NCBI RefSeq assembly: GCF_003231495.1 | Contig: NZ_PQWO01000005.1 | Location: 150,001-182,000 of the forward strand | Direction of reading: 5' to 3' | Length of the DNA stretch: 32,000 nt | Source: Acaryochloris thomasi RCC1774 | GTDB lineage: Bacteria > Cyanobacteriota > Cyanobacteriia > Thermosynechococcales > Thermosynechococcaceae | In this document: positions 7,915-17,387 of the stretch, piece by piece | Position numbering within the stretch: position 1 is the first letter of the stretch | How the letters are laid out: the number at the start of each line of letters is the position of its first letter | Translations under genes and position numbers: made by a program | Notes under the pieces: model-generated | What the model was told of the DNA's origin: nothing | Databases searched by the model: none | What the model saw: the letters and a program-made list of their open reading frames with translations, nothing else

Positions 7915-9306
7915 CTATGGCGAGAGGGGAACAGTTGATTCGATCTCGCCCTGTTGAGAAGGCGGAACCTTCAGTGTTGCTAAATCCAGAGAATCCTGGG
8001 AATCAGGCTCTGCTTTGGGAAGCCAACGCAACAGCGGCAGCGGCAACAGCGTACTGAGGTTGGTAATCATCACCAGCAGCCACAAATTTTGAAATTGGGA
8101 TTCAGTGACGCCGAGTTGATGCATTAGCAGAGCGCCCGATTCATGGGACAGGATGCCCGCTAAGTTAATAATTGACATTAACAGAGCGAACATTGTCGCT
8201 TCAATTCCTGCTGGGCATAGGCGAGCGGCTAAGACTAAAACCGGCATGTAGGCAAGCTGACCCATGACCGTCAAAATCAGGCTGTCCCCTAAACTGAACC
8301 AGTGATCGTCAATACCAAGGGTGCGATTGGCGTGGGTGACTAACAGTAGCGTTGTCATGCCGAGGGCTGAAGACAGCAGCGTTGTCCACAGAAAGATGGT
8401 GCGCATGGCGACGGCTTTGAAGAACCGCTGAAAGAGCCAAATGCCGAACAGAGAGGCCAGACTGGTCACGAGGCGAACGCGCCCCAGAAATTCGGGGTTA
8501 AATCCTAACTCGTTGGTGGTGAAAAAGAAAAAGGCTGATTCAGAGTTTGGGGTGGCCTGCCATAGAAAGACGAAGAGCACCGGCAGCAGGATGCTGGGCT
8601 GTGCGATCGCATCTTTTACCTGCACAATCTGATGCTTAGCGGTCTTAAAGCTAGGTGGCGTATTGGCTTTGGCCTCAATGATCAGACTTGCGATCGCACA
8701 TACAATCAGCGGAAATGTTGCCGTGATCAAAAACAAGCTGCGAGTACTTAAATGCTCTAACAGCCAGCCGCTGAAGTAGGCCGTCACAACGCCGCCTAAC
8801 GCGGTTGTTCCCCAGCACAATGACTGCAGAGAGCCAGCATCACTTTGCGATTCTTGGCGAATGCGCTCGACGACGATTGAGTCGGCAATTACGTCGCTGA
8901 TTGCGGTTGAAGTTGAAGTGGTTGCGATCGCAACCGTTGCCGCCACTGCCGAGTTCACCACCGTTCCCATTGCTACCCAAGCCAAGCAGCCTAAAATGCC
9001 AGACAGCACCAAATAAGACCGGCGACGATAGCCCAAAATTGGAAGGCTATCCGACAGAAAGCCAAACAGCGGCTTGACCACCCAAGGCAGTGAAGCAATC
9101 CCCATCATCGCCGCCACCGCTGCCGGACTCAGGCCGAGATCATCCTTAAGAAAAAAACTGACCCCTAATCGAGCCAGTCCCAAAATACCCTGGACGAAAT
9201 AGACAGCCAAGATAGCGAACAGCTCGGGGCTGGGGTCTTGATCAAAGAATATCGTGCGCTTTAGCGTTTGCTTCAGAGACGCAGCACTAGCCTGAGAATT
9301 GATCAT
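7915..9306 (-). CDS. Folate/biopterin transporter (BT1) family MFS protein
   Basis: 463-aa polytopic protein. N-terminal signature ELFAILAVYFVQGILGLARLGVSFFLKDDLGLSPA...LPWVVKPLFGFLSD is typical of the BT1 family. Confidence 0.8.
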   Translation of the reverse strand: MINSQASAASLKQTLKRTIFFDQDPSPELFAILAVYFVQGILGLARLGVSFFLKDDLGLSPAAVAAMMGIASLPWVVKPLFGFLSDSLPILGYRRRSYLVLSGILGCLAWVAMGTVVNSAVAATVAIATTSTSTAISDVIADSIVVERIRQESQSDAGSLQSLCWGTTALGGVVTAYFSGWLLEHLSTRSLFLITATFPLIVCAIASLIIEAKANTPPSFKTAKHQIVQVKDAIAQPSILLPVLFVFLWQATPNSESAFFFFTTNELGFNPEFLGRVRLVTSLASLFGIWLFQRFFKAVAMRTIFLWTTLLSSALGMTTLLLVTHANRTLGIDDHWFSLGDSLILTVMGQLAYMPVLVLAARLCPAGIEATMFALLMSIINLAGILSHESGALLMHQLGVTESQFQNLWLLVMITNLSTLLPLPLLRWLPKAEPDSQDSLDLATLKVPPSQQGEIESTVPLSP

Positions 9307-9462
9307 TTAACCCTTTAATACGACCGTCATCCGCGCTGTGGCCAGGGAGATGCATGAAACTCATGATAACGAACCCAGCCTTTTTCCGTGGATCCTCTAT
9401 TTCCCATCGCCAGAACGTTTATCATCAATGGGATGATAGACGTGCAGCATCAATAATCATTC

Positions 9463-10440
9463 ATGGATATTAAGAGCGGATTCATCGGTACCGTCGGCCA
9501 TACGCCCCTCATTCGTCTGAATAGCTTCAGCGACGAAACAGGCTGTGAAATTCTCGGTAAAGCAGAATTTCTTAACCCCGGTGGATCCGTCAAAGATCGT
9601 GCTGCTCTTTTTATCATCGAAGATGCCGAAGCCAAGGGGTTACTGAAACCTGGCGGCACCGTAGTTGAAGGCACCGCAGGCAACACCGGCATTGGCCTTG
9701 CCCATATCTGTAACGCCAAAGGCTACCGCTGCCTGATTGTGATTCCTGAAACCCAGTCCCAAGAAAAAATGGATGCCCTGCGCGTCTTAGGTGCTGAAGT
9801 GCGGGCTGTCCCGGCCGTCCCTTATCGTGACTCCAACAACTATGTCAAGCTCTCGGGTCGCTTAGCCGAAGAAACCGAGAATGCAGTTTGGGCCAATCAG
9901 TTCGATAATCTTGCTAATCGTCAGGCTCACTATCAAACCACGGGTCCAGAGATTTGGGAACAAACCAATGGCAAAGTGGATGCCTGGGTTGCCGCGACCG
10001 GCACTGGCGGTACCTATGCAGGCGTTGCCCTCTACCTGAAAGCGAAAAACCCTGAAGTGAAGACAGTCCTCGCCGATCCAATGGGGAGTGGTCTGTATAG
10101 CTACGTGAAAACCGGAGAAATCAAATCCGAAGGTAATTCCGTCACTGAAGGCATCGGTAACAGTCGGATCACCGCCAATCTTCAGGATGCCCCCATTGAT
10201 GACGCGATTCAAATCGACGACCCTGAATGCCTGCGGGTCGTTTATCAGCTTCTGCAGCAGGATGGCCTGTTCATGGGGGGATCGGTCGGTATTAACGTGG
10301 GTGCCGCCGTTGCCCTGGCGAAGCAAATGGGGCCGGGGCACACGATCGTGACTGTTCTGTGTGACAGCGGCACGCGGTATCAATCCAAGCTTTTCAATCC
10401 AGAGTGGTTAGCCGCCAAGGGACTGTCTCCCCAGGCTTAG
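9463..10440 (+). CDS. PLP-dependent cysteine synthase / cystathionine beta-synthase-like enzyme
   Basis: PLP-lysine motif NPGGSVKDR, the GTAGNTGIGLA loop, and GYRCLIVIPETQSQEK resembling the CBS/CysK fold type II family. Confidence 0.85.
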   Translation: MDIKSGFIGTVGHTPLIRLNSFSDETGCEILGKAEFLNPGGSVKDRAALFIIEDAEAKGLLKPGGTVVEGTAGNTGIGLAHICNAKGYRCLIVIPETQSQEKMDALRVLGAEVRAVPAVPYRDSNNYVKLSGRLAEETENAVWANQFDNLANRQAHYQTTGPEIWEQTNGKVDAWVAATGTGGTYAGVALYLKAKNPEVKTVLADPMGSGLYSYVKTGEIKSEGNSVTEGIGNSRITANLQDAPIDDAIQIDDPECLRVVYQLLQQDGLFMGGSVGINVGAAVALAKQMGPGHTIVTVLCDSGTRYQSKLFNPEWLAAKGLSPQA

Positions 10441-10462
10441 ACCCATTGCCCTCAACATTATT

Positions 10463-11473
10463 ATGGGATTCATGCAAAATTTCTGGGGCGGGTTGAAGCA
10501 AAAATGGAGCCGCTACAAGCGCTGGGTCTATCTGTTCATCATGGCAGCAGCGCTAGCTTTTTTAGGCAAAACGCTGCACAGTCACTGGCAAGGCATCGCC
10601 AGCATTCAGATTACGCCTCCCGCCTGGGCTAGTCTCGTGTTTGCAACAGGCATTACGCTGCTGGCGTTCGTTTGGGCGGGCTGGATCTGGGGCCAGATTT
10701 TGCAAGATTTAGGGCAGCCTGTGAATAAAGCCTGGGCCGCTCAGATCTACCTGACCACCAATATTGCCAAATATTTACCCAGTAACGTCGTTCATCTGTA
10801 TGGCCGCACCCTTGCGGCTACAGACATTGGTATTCCCTTCGGACCTGCCTCTTTGAGCGTGGTCCTCGATACCCTGCTGATGGCGGCCTCGGGCGTGATT
10901 GTGTCTCTGTTGAGTGTGCCTCAGCAGCAACAGATCTTTGCAGTTTTAGGCCTGATTGTGATTTTGCTCGTGGTTCATCCCCGTATTCTGCAGCGGCTCG
11001 TCAAATTTGTGCCCCAAGGGTCGAAGAAAAATCAGCCAGCGGATGCCTCTGATGCTATTAAGCTTGAGCGATATCCGCTGAGACCGCTTCTGGGACAAAT
11101 CCTGTTTGTTTTGGTGCGATCGCTGGGGTTCATTGTCACCCTCAGCGTTCTGACCCCCATCGAGCCGCTCTTGATACCCAAATATATGAGTATCTATACA
11201 TTGGGCTGGCTGCTCGGTTTTATTATCCCTGGGGTTCCGGGGGGGGTTGGGGTTTTAGAGTTGGTGACCAGTACACTTCTTAGCCAGCCCGGTGTTCTGA
11301 CTAGCGATCAAACGCTCTCTGTGGGGCTAGCCTTGGGCGCTGTCGGTATTCATCGCCTCGTCAACACCATTGCTGAAGCGCTGGGAGCAGGGCTAGCAAC
11401 TTTAGATATGAGATTTCCGCTCCAGCATCGTCCACGGCCATCGCGTAAACCAACCCAGACCGCCAGCCGTTGA
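10463..11473 (+). CDS. UPF0104 / lysyl-PG-synthase-TM-like integral membrane protein
   Basis: Multiple hydrophobic segments. The NIAKYLPSNVVHLYGR and PGVPGGVGVLE motifs are characteristic of the UPF0104 flippase-like family. Confidence 0.6.
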   Translation: MGFMQNFWGGLKQKWSRYKRWVYLFIMAAALAFLGKTLHSHWQGIASIQITPPAWASLVFATGITLLAFVWAGWIWGQILQDLGQPVNKAWAAQIYLTTNIAKYLPSNVVHLYGRTLAATDIGIPFGPASLSVVLDTLLMAASGVIVSLLSVPQQQQIFAVLGLIVILLVVHPRILQRLVKFVPQGSKKNQPADASDAIKLERYPLRPLLGQILFVLVRSLGFIVTLSVLTPIEPLLIPKYMSIYTLGWLLGFIIPGVPGGVGVLELVTSTLLSQPGVLTSDQTLSVGLALGAVGIHRLVNTIAEALGAGLATLDMRFPLQHRPRPSRKPTQTASR

Positions 11474-11554
11474 CTGCCGGGTTTTGAGCGGTTTCAACCG
11501 CAGCTACACAAGCAAAATGCATCTGCGCGGATTGCTGTAAGCCCCGATATATGT

Positions 11555-11579
11555 AGTCTGCGCGGGCAGACTTTGTTCC
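11555..11579 (+). terminator. Candidate intrinsic terminator of the 10463-11473 gene
   Basis: Perfect 7-bp GC-rich stem AGTCTGC/GCAGACT with a GCGG loop, followed by TTTGTTC, 82 nt after the stop codon. A second hairpin GCGAAT-TCT-ATTCGC follows at 11587-11601. Confidence 0.35.
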
Positions 11580-11628
11580 TGTAGGCGCGAATTCTATTCG
11601 CTAGCTTTCTCTGGCTGTCGTGTGGGTG

Positions 11629-11657
11629 TTAATACGCTTCTCAGAAGAGCGTATTAA
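11629..11657 (+). promoter_or_regulatory. 10-bp perfect inverted repeat in the leader of the radical SAM gene
   Basis: TTAATACGCT (11629-11638) and AGCGTATTAA (11648-11657) separated by a 9-nt loop, ending 36 nt before the ATG at 11693. Confidence 0.3.
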
Positions 11658-11692
11658 GATGAACGCTAGTCCCCTAGGCGCTTACTGGAGAG

Positions 11693-12793
11693 ATGAAGAT
11701 GACCGTTGTTCAAGAGCCAATCTCGATTCGTCTAGAAGCTTCAACCTTTTGTCAGCTCAAGTGCCCGTCTTGTCCGACCGCTCAGGGTGAGACCAAAAAG
11801 AACCTGGGCAGCGGATTTTTAGCGTTCAAGAACTTTAAGGATTTAGTCGATCGCAATCCTGCCATTGTTCATATTGAGCTGTCTAACTGGGGAGAAATTT
11901 TCTTAAACCCTGAGCTGACGGAGATTATGAAATATGCCTATCAAAAAGGTGTGATTCTGACGGCCAGTAACGGAGCGAACCTGAATACGGTCAAGCCAGA
12001 AGTTCTTGAAAATCTCGTTAAATATAAGTTTCGCCACATCGACTGCTCTATTGATGGGGCCAGCCAAGAGACCTACAAGCAATACCGAGTCGGCGGTGAC
12101 TTTGATCGCGTGATTGAGAATATCAAAACCATCAATCACTATAAGAAGATCTATAAGTCTGACTTTCCACTCTTGCTCTGGCAGTTTGTGGCCTTTGGTC
12201 ACAATGAGCATGAAATTCAGACGGCCCGAGAATTAGCGAAAGACCTCAACATGGAGTTTTATCTGAAACTTTCATGGGATGAGGAGGTTTCGCCGATTCA
12301 GGATAAGGAACTGGTGCGGCAGCAGACCTCAAGCGGTGTTTCTAGCCGTAGCGAATATGCTGAAACCTACGGCACTGGGTATATCCGCAAAGATATCTGC
12401 CAGCAGCTATGGACGTCGCCTCAAGTCAACTGGGATGGTCGAGTTTTGGGCTGCTGTTTCAACTACTGGGGTGATTTCGGCAATATGTTTGAGGCTGATG
12501 GGAAGCAGGGCTACCAGGAAAAGGTGGGGTATGCCCAGGATATGGTGATGGGTAAGGCTGAGCCGCGAGACGATATTCCCTGCACTCGCTGTGAGCATTA
12601 CAAGACGATGCAGGCGTCGGGCGATTGGATGACGACTGAGAATTTGCGTGGGCCGACGGCTTCCCCGATTGTGGCTCAGATTGCCAAGCGATGTGGCCGG
12701 TTGATGATTAGTATTTTAAATCGGTCGGAGTGGTTATCTTCTCGGTTTTTGAAGCCAGCGATTGTGAACAGCAACAAGACGTTGCGAGAGTAG
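11693..12793 (+). CDS. Radical SAM enzyme with a C-terminal twitch/SPASM-like Cys cluster
   Basis: CxxxCxxC at FCQLKCPSCP, the GEIFLNPEL SAM-binding motif, and SIDGASQETY. C-terminal CQQLWTSPQVNWDGRVLGCC plus CTRC resembles a partial SPASM (one auxiliary cluster). Confidence 0.85.
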   Translation: MKMTVVQEPISIRLEASTFCQLKCPSCPTAQGETKKNLGSGFLAFKNFKDLVDRNPAIVHIELSNWGEIFLNPELTEIMKYAYQKGVILTASNGANLNTVKPEVLENLVKYKFRHIDCSIDGASQETYKQYRVGGDFDRVIENIKTINHYKKIYKSDFPLLLWQFVAFGHNEHEIQTARELAKDLNMEFYLKLSWDEEVSPIQDKELVRQQTSSGVSSRSEYAETYGTGYIRKDICQQLWTSPQVNWDGRVLGCCFNYWGDFGNMFEADGKQGYQEKVGYAQDMVMGKAEPRDDIPCTRCEHYKTMQASGDWMTTENLRGPTASPIVAQIAKRCGRLMISILNRSEWLSSRFLKPAIVNSNKTLRE

Positions 12794-12801
12794 GCGAATA
12801 G

Positions 12802-13953
12802 TTAATGGATGCTAGGCTGCTCAATCTGCGATCCCATGCGGATGCCGTACTTAGGGAGCAGCTTATGGACAACGTAGGTGCGGTGTTCTTCGAGGGCATC
12901 GTGGAATCGTTTCCAGTGGCTGTCTAGGAATGTGGCCTGAAACGGAAAAATTTCGTCGCCGGTATCAACAACGGCTTCCGTGCCCAGGGCTTGGTGTTTC
13001 CAAGATCCCTTTCCTTTTGCTTTATAGGTTACTTGGGTCTTGCCAAAGCTGAATTGGCCTTCTGCGATCGCTCTAAGCCAGATTTTATGTCTGCTGCGGC
13101 TGCTGCGCTTGGTTGTCGTTTGCAGCAGTTTGGCAATGAGTTGCTTATCAGCTTGAGGTAGGCCGGGACAGCAGGCAGCGGGGTCACCGATGCGATAGCG
13201 CTGCATCCAGCGACACATCTGGTCGGCGGCTTCGAGAAAATCGGTCGGGTTATCGCGCATGATTCTCTGATTGAGGCCGTTGGTGTAGCCCCATTTCAGG
13301 TAGGGGCGATCAGGATTACTCAAAACAGCGCCGTGGCCGAGGGGAAAGACTTCGCTGATGAAGAAGTGAGCAAATCGGTTGACGAAGTTTTTGTTGAAAT
13401 ATCGCTTGACGCGCTCCGTTGATTTTTGGTCGATTTTACCCTGGGCATCGACTAATATTTTGGCTTCGTTGACCGGGTGGCTGATGCCTGCAAATCCCTG
13501 ATGGGCCCAGGTATCTGCATAGACGTGCATGGTGATGCCTAAGCGGTGAAGACTATGGGATTGTGGGTGGGTGGGGTGAGTGCTAAATAAGCTATTAGAA
13601 ATACAGGCGGCCACCATATCTTGAGCGATGTAGCTGTTGGGCCGACAGATTAGTTTGTCGATGAATGAACCGATGGGGCTTTGATCTGCGGGCAGGCCAC
13701 CGTTTCCGGGGAGAAAGTGAAAGGGCATCCAGACTTGGTGATGGGCCAGTTCACGAAAGTTTCGGTAGTCTAAAAATTTGTGGGCAGAGCTGACGTGGTT
13801 GAATTCAGTGCCGTTGTTAAAGCGGATGATGCCAGCGTTGGTGGCGTCATCGACGTACTGCGCCGAATAGGCAATTACCTGTGCGTCTTGGTGTTCAAAG
13901 CCAGCTAGTCGGGCGACGACGTAGGTGACCCCGTGGTGAAAATCGATTTGCAT
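12802..13953 (-). CDS. Conserved hypothetical His-rich protein, possible metal-dependent hydrolase (may match the DUF6765 family; from memory, unverified)
   Basis: 383-aa ORF without competing frames. N-terminal MQIDFHHGVTYVVARLAGF and internal LHRLGITMHVYADTWAHQGF motifs are reminiscent of Zn-phospholipase C/P1-nuclease-like His/Asp ligand patterns. Confidence 0.55.
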   Translation of the reverse strand: MQIDFHHGVTYVVARLAGFEHQDAQVIAYSAQYVDDATNAGIIRFNNGTEFNHVSSAHKFLDYRNFRELAHHQVWMPFHFLPGNGGLPADQSPIGSFIDKLICRPNSYIAQDMVAACISNSLFSTHPTHPQSHSLHRLGITMHVYADTWAHQGFAGISHPVNEAKILVDAQGKIDQKSTERVKRYFNKNFVNRFAHFFISEVFPLGHGAVLSNPDRPYLKWGYTNGLNQRIMRDNPTDFLEAADQMCRWMQRYRIGDPAACCPGLPQADKQLIAKLLQTTTKRSSRSRHKIWLRAIAEGQFSFGKTQVTYKAKGKGSWKHQALGTEAVVDTGDEIFPFQATFLDSHWKRFHDALEEHRTYVVHKLLPKYGIRMGSQIEQPSIH

Positions 13954-14270
13954 CGCTGGGCTTCCCCATGGGGAAAGGACGGATGGCTGATCGCCTGCGG
14001 ATGTAAAAATTTTTGGCTCAGGCGGTTAGCTCACTCTAGTTCTACCGCGATAGCGATCCAACTCAACGGGATGTAAACCGAACATTAACCTTGAGAAAAT
14101 TTTAGGTTAATCTTCTCGCTGCTTTGGGAAGAGGTGGGGGGTGAGTTGCGATCGCAAAAATTTCTCACCGTATCCCAGCACTGCCGATCAAGACTGGACC
14201 GATTGACCCGGTTCAGGGAACAGTCCATCATAGTAACGATAAGAGGTTTCCTGGAACGGAGATATCCTAC

Positions 14271-15233
14271 ATGAGCAACTCAGCAAGCAGTCCGATCAAA
14301 GATAAGGCCACCGATTGGTGGCGGCTTATTTCAGGAGAAGATACAGCAAAGGTTTATCAAGACTTTTTCAAGCGAACCTGGGAAATCTTGAGAGAGTCAG
14401 TTTCACTGTTGTGGCTGCTCCTATGTGGTGTCCTTGTTTCTTTTGAATGGATTTGGAGTAGCTCATCGAGGGTGACCGAGAGTGTTTCAGATCTTGCCAA
14501 AGCAAACAACAATTCTGACAGCAGCACAGTTTCCGAGGCAGGGACCAAGCTTTGGACAGGAATTCAAAAAGGAGCTTCTAGTTCGATTGCGAAAGCCAGG
14601 GAGCAGTTGAAAATGCCTGAGCGGACTCCGAGACAGAAAAAGACTGCTCAAGAACAGGCGAGTAAGAGTTCAGAAGAAGAACCTAGCGAGCGAGACGCCC
14701 AGGGGCAAGCAACTGATAGCAAAGCCGGAACTCAGCAGAAGTCAGACGGAGCTTCACAACAGGCGACTCAACAACAAGCAGATGGAAATACAGAAACATC
14801 TGGAAACGGGGAGCAAAGTGTCCAGCAACAAGCGGCTAAAAGTGAAGCTAAAGCGGCTCAGCAAAAAGCAGATGAGGCTTACCAACAAGTAAAAGAGACT
14901 CGGCAAAAAGCACAAAGCGCTCTGGATAAATTCAACGAAGCTGTGCAAGGTAGAGCGAATGAGGCTGGATCAGATTCGTCACAGGAGCCTTTTAAAGAGG
15001 CCCAGACAAAAGCGAAAGATGCCTATGACGTATATTTTGTTGACGCTGGACAAACAATAGACGGAGCTGAGCAAACAGCGAATGGGGCTGCGGCAAGTTT
15101 GGCCCAAGGGAACTTTGAAGAAGCACAGGGACAGTTTGAAGAGGCTCAAAGGAAATTTAAAGAGGCTCAAGGGCAGTTTGAAGAGGCCCAAAATGAATTT
15201 GAAGGAGCTTGTGGACAATTGGAGACCGCCTAG
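14271..15233 (+). CDS. Membrane-anchored low-complexity Q/E/A/K-rich coiled-coil-like protein
   Basis: One hydrophobic segment (LLWLLLCGVLVSFEWIW), then about 250 aa of Q/A/E/K-rich sequence ending in heptad repeats. ATG with GGAG upstream. Confidence 0.65.
   Translation: MSNSASSPIKDKATDWWRLISGEDTAKVYQDFFKRTWEILRESVSLLWLLLCGVLVSFEWIWSSSSRVTESVSDLAKANNNSDSSTVSEAGTKLWTGIQKGASSSIAKAREQLKMPERTPRQKKTAQEQASKSSEEEPSERDAQGQATDSKAGTQQKSDGASQQATQQQADGNTETSGNGEQSVQQQAAKSEAKAAQQKADEAYQQVKETRQKAQSALDKFNEAVQGRANEAGSDSSQEPFKEAQTKAKDAYDVYFVDAGQTIDGAEQTANGAAASLAQGNFEEAQGQFEEAQRKFKEAQGQFEEAQNEFEGACGQLETA
15108..15233 (+). repeat. Six tandem 21-bp (7-codon) units inside the CDS
   Basis: GNFEEAQ / GQFEEAQ / RKFKEAQ / GQFEEAQ / NEFEGAC / GQLETA*. 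Unit boundaries at 15108, 15129, 15150, 15171, 15192 and 15213, read directly. Confidence 0.85.
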
Positions 15234-15342
15234 CTGAGCACAGCCTCAGAATGACTAACGTTGACTCTTTGTCAGTGTCCTGATTTCAAACTCCCTTTAA
15301 ACAGGTGCCTCAAGTTTATTTTTTTATTCCAATCTATTTTGC

Positions 15343-15801
15343 TTAAATATAGTCGAGCAGCAGAGCCTGGTGAGGGATCGCAATCGATCGAGGCTGCTCA
15401 TCCCGGGGTGCGCGGCAGCTACCAATGCGAATTTCCTCAGGGGTAAATAATCCCATATCCCAGCCCTCCTTTAGTTCTAAGCTGCCAAGTTCAACCGTGA
15501 GGGGACAGGCGAAGACATAGCGAATCACGCCGGGGTCACGATACTCCTTGAAGAAAGTGGCTTCAGGGACGGTGTAGCCGATCTCTTCATCAACTTCTCG
15601 GTAGAGGGCCGCTTCAGGCTCTTCGCCCGGATCCATATGACCGCCAAAGCAGGCCCACTGGTTGGGATAGACAATCGTAGGGATGTCATCGCGGAGCTGC
15701 AGTAAGAATCGCCCGTCTTGATAGAGAATTGCGATCGCAGCTTTAATTACAGTAGGTGGGCTCATGAATAGTTGAGACGCATCAGGGTTGGCATAATACA
15801 A
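15343..15801 (-). CDS. Nudix hydrolase
   Basis: Complete Nudix box GGHMDPGEEPEAALYREVDEEIGY (Gx5Ex7REUxEExGU). Alternative start at ATG 15765. Confidence 0.85.
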   Translation of the reverse strand: MYYANPDASQLFMSPPTVIKAAIAILYQDGRFLLQLRDDIPTIVYPNQWACFGGHMDPGEEPEAALYREVDEEIGYTVPEATFFKEYRDPGVIRYVFACPLTVELGSLELKEGWDMGLFTPEEIRIGSCRAPRDEQPRSIAIPHQALLLDYI

Positions 15802-15823
15802 TCAATCACATCCGCCACTATAG

Positions 15824-16927
<1,104 letters not shown>

Positions 16928-16943
16928 CTCAAGCGCCAAGGGT

Positions 16944-17387
16944 CTATAGCTGCTGCAGGTATCTAGCAAAATGTCCGGGTAGGAGGTCGATACCCAACGC
17001 TGACTTTATTAAGTAAGCGCTCAGTAAAATAACGGCGCTGATCACTAAATTAGCTGCTACTAGGAGCAGCCCTGCGGCGATGGCGTTGCCGATTTTTTTG
17101 AGACCTGTTGATTGGCGGGATCGTTCTCTATGACGCCGATCTTTGCCCACCAGTAAGACGAGGTAAAAGCGGGTGATGATCAGATCAACGACAAATCGAA
17201 TGTCGATAATCTTCGGTCGCTGAGCCGAGGAGCCAAGCGTGATCTGAGTCAGTAGCGTGGTTATTGCTGTTGTTTGTTCTGAAGTCAGACTATCGAAAAT
17301 TTTAGGGTCTAAGCGCTGTAGCAGTTTTTCCGCTGTAGGCCCCCGATCTGATTGTCTTGACTGTAATCTTCCCGTTAACCGACCCAC
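16944..17387 (-). CDS. Hypothetical membrane protein (second gene of an overlapping pair)
   Basis: C-terminal 147 codons of the 303-aa ORF. GTG at 17387 is preceded by GGGAGGA-TTAAC. The sequence is protein-like (KIIDIRFVVDLIITRFYLVLLVGKDRR, then a TM helix AIAAGLLLVAANLVISAVILLSAYL). The upstream part of the ORF is R/G-rich shadow sequence. Confidence 0.55.
   Translation of the reverse strand: MGRLTGRLQSRQSDRGPTAEKLLQRLDPKIFDSLTSEQTTAITTLLTQITLGSSAQRPKIIDIRFVVDLIITRFYLVLLVGKDRRHRERSRQSTGLKKIGNAIAAGLLLVAANLVISAVILLSAYLIKSALGIDLLPGHFARYLQQL

Noticed and set aside
9862-10383. 173-aa antisense ORF within the cysteine-synthase gene.
   Set aside because: It is the shadow of a strongly supported PLP-enzyme frame.
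11659-11790. Small frame (MNASPLGAYWRDEDDRCSRANL...) overlapping the radical SAM start, considered as a RiPP precursor.
   Set aside because: It overlaps the enzyme gene out of frame, has no leader/core features and no Cys/Ser/Thr-rich core.
11693-15801. Radical SAM, His-rich hydrolase-like, repeat protein and Nudix genes considered together as one novel (defence-like) system.
   Set aside because: The four genes alternate strands (+, -, +, -), so they are four separate transcription units. Nothing in the sequence links them.
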